Positions 9,820 to 16,693 of a stretch of DNA of 16,693 nucleotides are shown here, piece by piece. Origin of the DNA: Ginkgo biloba. Taxonomy: Eukaryota > Plantae > Ginkgophyta. Location of the stretch: NCBI GenBank assembly GCA_024626585.2, contig JANKJI020000002.1, forward strand, positions 265,842,475-265,859,167. The letters are read 5' to 3'. A program made the translations under genes and the position numbers. The notes under the pieces were generated by a model. It was not told where the DNA came from, ran no database searches, and saw only the letters and a program-made list of their open reading frames with translations. Each line of letters starts with the position of its first letter. The stretch's first letter is position 1.

Positions 9820-9900
9820 ATCCGATGAAGTTGTTTGTAACAACTTCCTACCTCAAAGCCACATGAGTTGCAATAAGTCGTTGATTCTCTACAAGCAATC
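9820..9900 (-). pseudogene. FLXL1: Disrupted continuation of FLX-like coding exon 1
   Basis: After AAQH the frame shifts (about 13 nt, a QEIQ-like segment, are missing). The other frame reads LLVENQRLIATHVALR*EVVT (TAG at 9850-9848), then after a further shift QLHRM, and homology ends. Confidence 0.85.
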
Positions 9901-10113
9901 ATGCTGAGCTGCAAGCTTCTCCTCAATTAATGCAGGATGAGGTGGCAAAGGTCCTGGTCCTCTACCAAATAGCCCATCACGCATCTCCTCAACAAGTGCT
10001 GGGTGAGGAGGCAAGGGCCCTGGACCTCTGCTGTAGGGACCCTCACGCATAGGTGGCATTCCACGTGGACCGCCCTTCAGAACATGAGCAGGTAAACGAT
10101 TTCTCCCAGCCAT
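9901..10113 (-). CDS. FLXL1: FLX-like protein, coding exon 1, intact N-terminal part
   Basis: MAGRNRLPAHVLKGGPRGMPPMREGPYSRGPGPLPPHPALVEEMRDGLFGRGPGPLPPHPALIEEKLAAQH; the M.GRNR start and PPHPAL.EE.LAAQH are typical of FLX-like 1/3. Confidence 0.9.
9919..10050 (-). repeat. In-frame 66-bp (22-aa) tandem repeat in the FLX-like N-terminus
   Basis: MREGPYSRGPGPLPPHPALVEE followed by MRDGLFGRGPGPLPPHPALIEE. Confidence 0.9.
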
Positions 10114-10132
10114 AATAAGATTACTCTATCAC

Positions 10133-10873
10133 CTGATACATTTAGGGAATGATTAAAGATCAAGTCACAGACAGCCAATAACACATACTCACCAGATAAA
10201 AAACAGGCATTGTAAAGGATGAAAATATAACATTAACCAGCTAAAGTAATCAAAAGCATATTTACTAATAACACGAATTTCCTAAAAATTCAAGAAGTGC
10301 AGAGCAATTTGTATTCCCCAAATTGGCAATGCTTAAATCCCATGAAAGGCATGCTGAGTGTGAGGGCTAGATCTTCAAAGCTTACAGGCTACTTGGCCCG
10401 AATCCAAATGGAATTATTTGGGTAATATACCGAAACCCATCCCCCCAAAAAAAAAGCAGCGGCGTGCTTCAGAGCTGAAACAATAAGAAACGGGCGCCTG
10501 ATTTTTCCCAAGTGACGGGAGAGCACTTCAGATGCTACAAGTCATAGAAGCATTCCGGGCCTACAAGCAATTTCGCCTATGGGAAACGGAATTTTACTGA
10601 AATAAGCAGCAATCAACAAAGTAGAGGTATGATTCTTGCCAAAATATTAATGCAAAATCACACATGTCAATGACAAATGTTAATGGCAAACGATGGAGAT
10701 GCAGTTATTCAGTGAAATCAGTTAGCAAACAAAAACTAAATCCTAAATAAATTGATATTAAATTATGATTGTGGGCATGAGGTCCCACAGACCATGCTAG
10801 ATGAAAGCAAGGATTTTATAACTCTAAAACAAACAGAAATAATCTAGTTTATCTTCTAAAAACTAATGTAAAC
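10133..10873 (-). other. Probable 5'-UTR intron of the FLX-like gene
   Basis: Acceptor TGTATCAG|GTG lies 19 nt before the ATG; candidate donor CTGAG|GTTTAC at 10873; the sense strand is T-rich. The donor position is less certain than the acceptor. Confidence 0.55.
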
Positions 10874-10904
10874 CTCAGATTGAGCGTTAGAACATATTTT
10901 CTAA

Positions 10905-11343
10905 TGCAGGAGCATCCGACGCCGTCGGAGCCAGGTGGTCAATATCGTCGACGGAGAAGGTTGGATGTCGAATAAGTGATGACCGACCTCGTCGGTGTCT
11001 ATTGAGACCAATGTTGTTGACATCCAGAGAACAAACATCATCAATAAAGCAAGTATTGACATCGTCGGCGAGCTGGAATCAGACTTTATTAGTGAAGACC
11101 CCATAGTGAGGACAGTTGGCCAACACCGTCGGCGCAGCAGTTGGCTGACACTGTCAGAGATAGCAAAGCAGAGAGTGCCAATTCTCAAAGCAACTTGGAG
11201 CCTTGTCGGTGAGAAGCCAACTGACCTTGTTGGTAGCAGATGGCAACGCACGTGAAGGTGGCCATGCAAACATTATCTAATGTTGGATCAGACTGATGGA
11301 GGTGAATGCTAAGTTTAAATCAGTGAGCCATTGCATCGAGACA
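10905..11343. mobile_element. CpG-rich, CCGAC/GTCGG-repetitive insert, probably LTR-retrotransposon LTR/UTR derived
   Basis: Abrupt rise in GC and CpG at ~10905, with repeated cgtcgg/ccgac and worn forms gttgg/ccaac; ends at an N gap. The overlapping ORFs do not resemble known proteins. Confidence 0.4.
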
Positions 11344-11406
11344 NNNNNNNNNNNNNNNNNNNNNNNNNNNNNNNNNNNNNNNNNNNNNNNNNNNNNNNNN
11401 NNNNNN

Positions 11407-11580
11407 ATTCCTCTTCTTTGTGCTCCTTTGAGATATTACGAGGAGGGTTTTGTTGAACTACCCTATGATTAGGGTTACCGCCTATTGCCAGTCACCTTCC
11501 GTCCCCGCGCGCGCCTTTCAGCACTTGATTTCTTAGCGTTCATTCACCTCATTTTTGTACGCTAATGGGCATATAACTAA
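11407..11580 (-). promoter_or_regulatory. Candidate promoter/TSS region of the FLX-like gene
   Basis: CpG is retained (ccgtccccgcgcgcgcc); telo-box-like TAACCCTAA (11477-11469) and AAAACCCT (11451-11444); sequence beyond ~11650 is AT-rich and CpG-poor. Confidence 0.4.
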
Positions 11581-13269
11581 TAAACAAACTTTGCAAGAAT
11601 TAATAATCAAATATATGAGTCGGGCATGAGAGCTTAAGATCCGAAACGCTACCACACAAATTGAATGGTTGAGGCAAAAAAACATAAGGCACATGTTAGT
11701 TAGAATAATGTGGTGGGATTAATCCTTAAATGATTAAGTTGGGTCTGTTGTCTATTTTCTAGTTGTTAATCCACAAGAGACACGAGCTTTACACTTATAG
11801 TTCCATTAGGAATATGTATGAAGTGAACCCTTCTAAAATGTTTGGAGCAAGCAAAGCTTGGGATAGTAAAGAAGTGAACTTAATATAATAGAGACCATCT
11901 TACTAACTTCTCTTTGAGTAGAAATATAAATAAATTTTGACAAAATGAATATGTGAGATAAGTCATACCAGAAAATAGGAAACTATAAATTGATTGGGTA
12001 TCATATTTTCTAGTCATTAGGCAAAATGTTTGCATGTCGAACATGGAGGAGATTCGTTAAATTATAGTCCATACTATGGGTATAACTTTTTTGTTGTAAT
12101 AGAATAACTACCACCTCTTTGAATATTTCTTTTTTTAACCTTTTGATGTGCACTAATAAGAGAGGATGTTGAATGACCTTTTAACAATGGGGTTCTTACG
12201 ATTTAAGTTTTTCCCATTCTTATCGCATTTACTCATTGTTTTCATGGTTGCATATTTCGTTTGATAACACCTAGTGAAACAAGGGGATGAACTTGTTAGA
12301 GTGAGGAAACCTCATATGAATTAAATCAAGGGCCTTTATTGTATTATTCTTAACTTACAACCATGATTTCTTATTGTCAAGTACTTTCCACATGGCATAT
12401 TGTGACATACTAGGGAATCAACTTAAAAGCGAATAACACCTTTGTGGGAGTTCAGCTCTAAAAATAATATAGCAACATCCTTTCCTTTTAAATCTAGAAA
12501 ATCTTATTTAAACATAGGACATGTGCATTGTTTTTATGGCAGCATTTGTATTGCATCACATATAGTTTCCTTACATAATTCCTCTCATGGGTGAATACTA
12601 CGCTAATAGGAAAAAATTAGACTTTTTATACACTCTTTTATATGTTTAGCACCTATGTTAGAAGTTAACATATAGGATAAACTTATGTTGTACCTTACTT
12701 ATATAGAGAACCTCTCACATATAGCTAACAGAAGTTAATGTGTGGTTATGATGAGCCAAAAGCATACATTGAGTAACATTAATGAAATAATTTAAAATGA
12801 TTATCTTATGTAATAAAGAAATTAATAGAGTGACCTAGACTTCTTAACAAGTAGACTACAATTTACTTTTATTAACTAAAAATAACAGACATGGATTCAA
12901 AAGGGATTCATTAGGGTTTATAGTAGGTCAATTATTCTAAATGAACTAGAATATCTTAGAGTTGATGCTTTGTATTTTAATCATATCCTTTATAATGACC
13001 CCAATTAATCCCATTAATTCAGTTTTAATATGCCCTTAAGGGTAAGTGTATTTGCCAATATTNNNNNNNNNNNNNNNNNNNNNNNNNNNNNNNNNNNNNN
13101 NNNNNNNNNNNNNNNNNNNNNNNNNNNNNNNNNNNNNNNNNNNNNGAAATTTATGTTTTATGGTATGCAATGAACTCATAAATGTGTTTCCCAAGTGTAC
13201 CACAAGGTAAGCCTTGCCTTAACAATGTGGTTTTAGATCATAAGCCTTTCAATTTTGTCTACAATATTT

Positions 13270-13830
13270 TAGTAACTAGAATGATCATAAGTTATTTTCT
13301 AGGAAGACACCCTGCTAAGACTATATTAAAAGCCTAAATCAAGGTGACTTAAGAGATTATGGTTGGAATGTTATTTACATTCATTGTCTTACCCATGGGT
13401 TTTATTCCTTAGTATTTAGAATGCTAAAGATGAGTGGCAAGGTTCTACTTAAAGGTCCATGGGCATATAGACGTAATCCCATGGTTTTTTCTCACTAGAC
13501 CAAGGGGTTTTCACTAAAAAACTTATTTAATATTGATTGTCGAGTATGGATAGAATTTCTTGGCATCCCCATGCCTTATCAGGGGTTTTAAAATATTATT
13601 GTTATTTCTATTTTAACCTTCATTTATTGCAAATCTAATAAGTTATTTAATCTCAAACTAATTAGGAAGGCGGGGTATAAAGGTAGATTTGTCCAAAAAA
13701 CTCAAGCAAGAAAATGCCATTCAAAGTGGTGATTATAAATTCACTCAAACTATTAGGTATTTAAATATGACTAACATTTACTTCAAGTGCCAAAGCTTGA
13801 AGCATAAGATCAAAGATTGTCCTTTCATAA
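13270..13830 (+). mobile_element. LINE (L1-clade) ORF1 fragment: DUF4283-like domain and zinc knuckle, decayed
   Basis: RMIISYFLGRHP..GFYSLVF..KVLLKGPWAYRRNPMVFSH*TKGFS..RVWIEFLGIPMPY, then FTQTIRYLNMTNIYFKCQSLKHKIKDCP (CX2CX4HX4C with the first C mutated to Y). A low-complexity tail probably runs on to ~14340. Confidence 0.8.
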
Positions 13831-15580
13831 TAAAAGAGTCCTTTGAAAAGCTAACTTAAGTAATGAAAGAAAGAAGAACCCTACATTATTTATCCTAAAG
13901 GAAAAAGAGACAATGACAATCAAGGAAGATTATCAATAATAAATTATGTCTAAAACAAAGTTTAGAGCTAAAAAGCTCATAAGATAATCAATAATGGGAC
14001 TCCATCTTATCCCTTTTATCGACAAGTATGATAGACAAGTAAGGCATAATGCTAATGGAAACTCCCCAAGTATAAGTGAAGGCAACTCCCAAATAACTAA
14101 TATAATGGCCTTTATGGGCAATTTATAAATGCATATAAAAAATACATAATAATCTATGTGCAACTGAAATAATAACACATATAAGAATAATGCCAAAATA
14201 AACCCCACTAGTCAAGCAATTAAGTCAATTGCAATCACGAGATAAGAGAAAATCGCAAAGTTTGAAGATGTTTGGAAATCCTACTTCTATGGTACCTCCT
14301 TCTTAAAGAAGAAAACTACTTCAAAGAGTAAAATTAATTCATAATCAAAGGGAATAATTTCTAAACTATTTATGGTCCATTTTAATATGACTTGTGTTAT
14401 AGCAAGCCTACCTGTGTTAACTACTAAAATTGGCCTAAGTAGCTCTTGTTGACTTAAACTTAAGATGCCAATTTTCTAGCCTATTTATGTGGGCCAAATG
14501 AGTTATTTTAAGGCTTATTGGTTTATAGAAAGTGGGATTTTAGGCGTATTATGTCATTGCATGGATTTATATTAAAAAATAGGTTTGCAATATGCCTCAC
14601 CTATTAAAATTTATTTCCCTCAAAGCATTATTGAGATTTAATGGTATTAGATTAATGCTTATGTCCTTCAAGTAAAATCTTTTTTGAGTAGGTTCTTTAA
14701 TTTAATTGAGTACCTATGGATTTATTCTATCCTAAGTTTTTTAGCTCTCTAGTCAAGAATTTAATCTAGTTCAATGAGTAGTTTCTTCTTTGCTAATTAT
14801 TAATAGTTATATCCATAGAGTGATTTGTTGATGAGCTAATTTATTAATGTATAAAACTTAGAAGCATCATGGATCCTACCTTTATTTAGTGATTCTAATA
14901 CTAGGCTTATTTATCTTTTCATGTTATCTTATATGGTGTATTAAACTGAGAATCCAACTTTAATTTTTTTTTGAATTTTCATGGATGCTTGTTTATACAA
15001 TTATAATTTTATAAATACCATGTCTCTAATAAAGAATAATTTTTTTGTGACATGTTGATTTACTTGATGTTTTATATCATTTTGTGCCATGCTCAAATTA
15101 TTTATTAGGATGCTAAGAATTTCATGCAATTCTTACATAATGTCCTTCATTGCTTGTAATTTTAAGTAGTCCTTTATTTTGCTTGTCTCTTAATTAATTT
15201 TAAAGGTACTATTTGAGACACTTGTTCATTACTTTAATTTTCCCATCATCCTATGGATTGTATGATGCACTTATATTGAATTATATATCAACTAATTTAA
15301 GTAATGATCCAAGTGTCCTTGGGTTAAAATTTTGATTGTATATATAAATTTTCTCTAGAAATAAAGTTATATGTCAAATTCTATCATTTTTTAAATAGGC
15401 AACTTGCAAAATAAATTAGACAAAATTCATATAGATTCAACCTTTGGTCAAAGAAGAAAAGTTATAGAATTTTCTATTGGNNNNNNNNNNNNNNNNNNNN
15501 NNNNNNNNNNNNNNNNNNNNNNNNNNNNNNNNNNNNNNNNNNNNNNNNNNNNNNNNNNNNNNNNNNNNNNNNNNNNNNNN

Positions 15581-16158
15581 GATCTTCTATTAGGGTCATT
15601 ACAACCACTCATTGGAAGGTAGAAAAATGAGTACTCACATATATAAAAGGAACACTAAAATATGGATTAGAGTATTATAAATATACTAATCTTTCACTGG
15701 TTAGTTTTAATGATTTAGACTATTCTAGTGCTATGTATGATCAAATATCTACCACAAGATACTGCTTTAGCCTTGGCCTAGTCATTATCTTCTAGAACAA
15801 TAAGAAACAACCCATTATTACACTATCCTCCATAGAAATATAGTATAAATCCATAATTGGAGTAAATTATGAATTAATCTAGGTAAAAAGAATTATGGAA
15901 GACTTGAACCTAAAAAAAGAGTCTCCCATACCCCTCTATTGTGATAACAAACATGTGATCACACTAGCCAAGAACCTTATTTTTCATGCATGAACAAAAC
16001 ATATTAAAGTACATTATCACCTCATTAGAGAAAATATGTTAGACAAGATAATAAAGTTGATTTATTATCCCACCAAAGAACAACTTGTAGATATATTCAT
16101 AAAGCCTCTTGGTAAGGAGAAATTCCAATACTTTAGAGATCAAATCAAAGTTCAATAA
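15581..16158 (+). mobile_element. Ty1/copia pol C-terminus (end of RT and RNase H), decayed
   Basis: THWKVEK*VLTYIKGTLKYGLEY..FNDLDYSS..DQISTTRYCFSLG..KKQPIITLSSIEI*Y..PLYCDNKHVITLAKNLIFHA*TKHIKVHYHLIRE..EQLVDIFIKPLGKEKFQYFRDQIKVQ*; canonical copia motifs in a single frame. Confidence 0.95.
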
Positions 16159-16586
16159 AAATGNNNNNNNNNNNNNNNNNNNNNNNNNNNNNNNNNNNNN
16201 TTCTTTCTTTTTTTTTCTATAGAAAAAAAATCGTAATTTTATTATCAAAAACCAAATTACATTCATCAGATGCTTTCCAGCATTTCAGTATATACTTGAG
16301 AGAAGTCCCCTACAAGTCATCTCTTCATAGATTCTATCAATTTATGTCCAAACAAGCTAATACAACCTCTATTAATCACTCATCACAATCTAATGAATCA
16401 TCATAGTGAATTGTCACTCAGACCAAAATAAACCAATACTACATACATCATTTTTTCTCACTTTATATACAGAATTGATAAATAGATCTCCTTACATAAT
16501 TTTAAAATATAATTTTATCATAGTTCATAAGCATACTGATAATCCACCTAATGCAATTCAAAAATATCAGCCTCATACAGGAACAA

Positions 16587-16693
16587 CTAATAAAATTTTT
16601 GATGTTCATATTCAAGTGGGATGCCCTCCACTTCCTTCGAGACTTTCCATTTTCTAGGATCCAACTGCAACCCGCCCTTTGACAAGATATTTG
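16587..16693 (-). CDS. Probable terminal coding exon of a neighbouring gene (partial, unidentified)
   Basis: Frame from 16691 reads NILSKGGLQLDPRKWKVSKEVEGIPLEYEHQKFY* with higher GC, followed by ~390 nt of T/G-rich 3'-UTR-like sequence. Confidence 0.4.
   Translation of the reverse strand, partial: NILSKGGLQLDPRKWKVSKEVEGIPLEYEHQKFY

Noticed and set aside
10901-11269. Overlapping 122-aa and 86-aa ORFs
   Set aside because: No recognisable motifs; open frames are expected in this GC-richer repetitive block.
12600-13062. Possible LINE ORF2 remnant (LTSRLQ…QKGFIR…RSII)
   Set aside because: Too short and frameshifted to support by eye.
14350-15480. Long AT-rich stretch with minus-strand A bias, possible old transposon
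   Set aside because: No diagnostic motif found in the frames I read.

Overview
AT-rich, CpG-depleted plant nuclear DNA from a gappy draft assembly (12 N-runs, five of exactly 100 N); the retroelement types look gymnosperm-like (inference). The main gene is a minus-strand, intron-containing FLX-like (FLC EXPRESSOR family) coiled-coil gene. ATG is at 10113 and the stop at 8515. Its downstream exons look clean, but its first coding exon breaks down at 9900-9820. A second, unidentified, heavily decayed five-exon gene relic lies at about 5109-6494 (minus), and a probable terminal exon of a third gene enters at the right edge. The rest is a patchwork of decayed retroelements: two convergent LTR-retrotransposon accessory ORFs, Ty3/gypsy pol, gag and possible integrase pieces, LINE RT and ORF1 pieces, and a Ty1/copia RT-RNase H. 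I see no clear new multi-gene system. The best leads are the hidden spliced relic, several sharp microhomology junctions (gag running into the FLX last-exon acceptor; gypsy pol linker in frame with a LINE RT) and a CCGAC (DRE/CRT) cluster at the FLX 5' end. All translations and family assignments were done by eye from remembered motifs; no searches were run.
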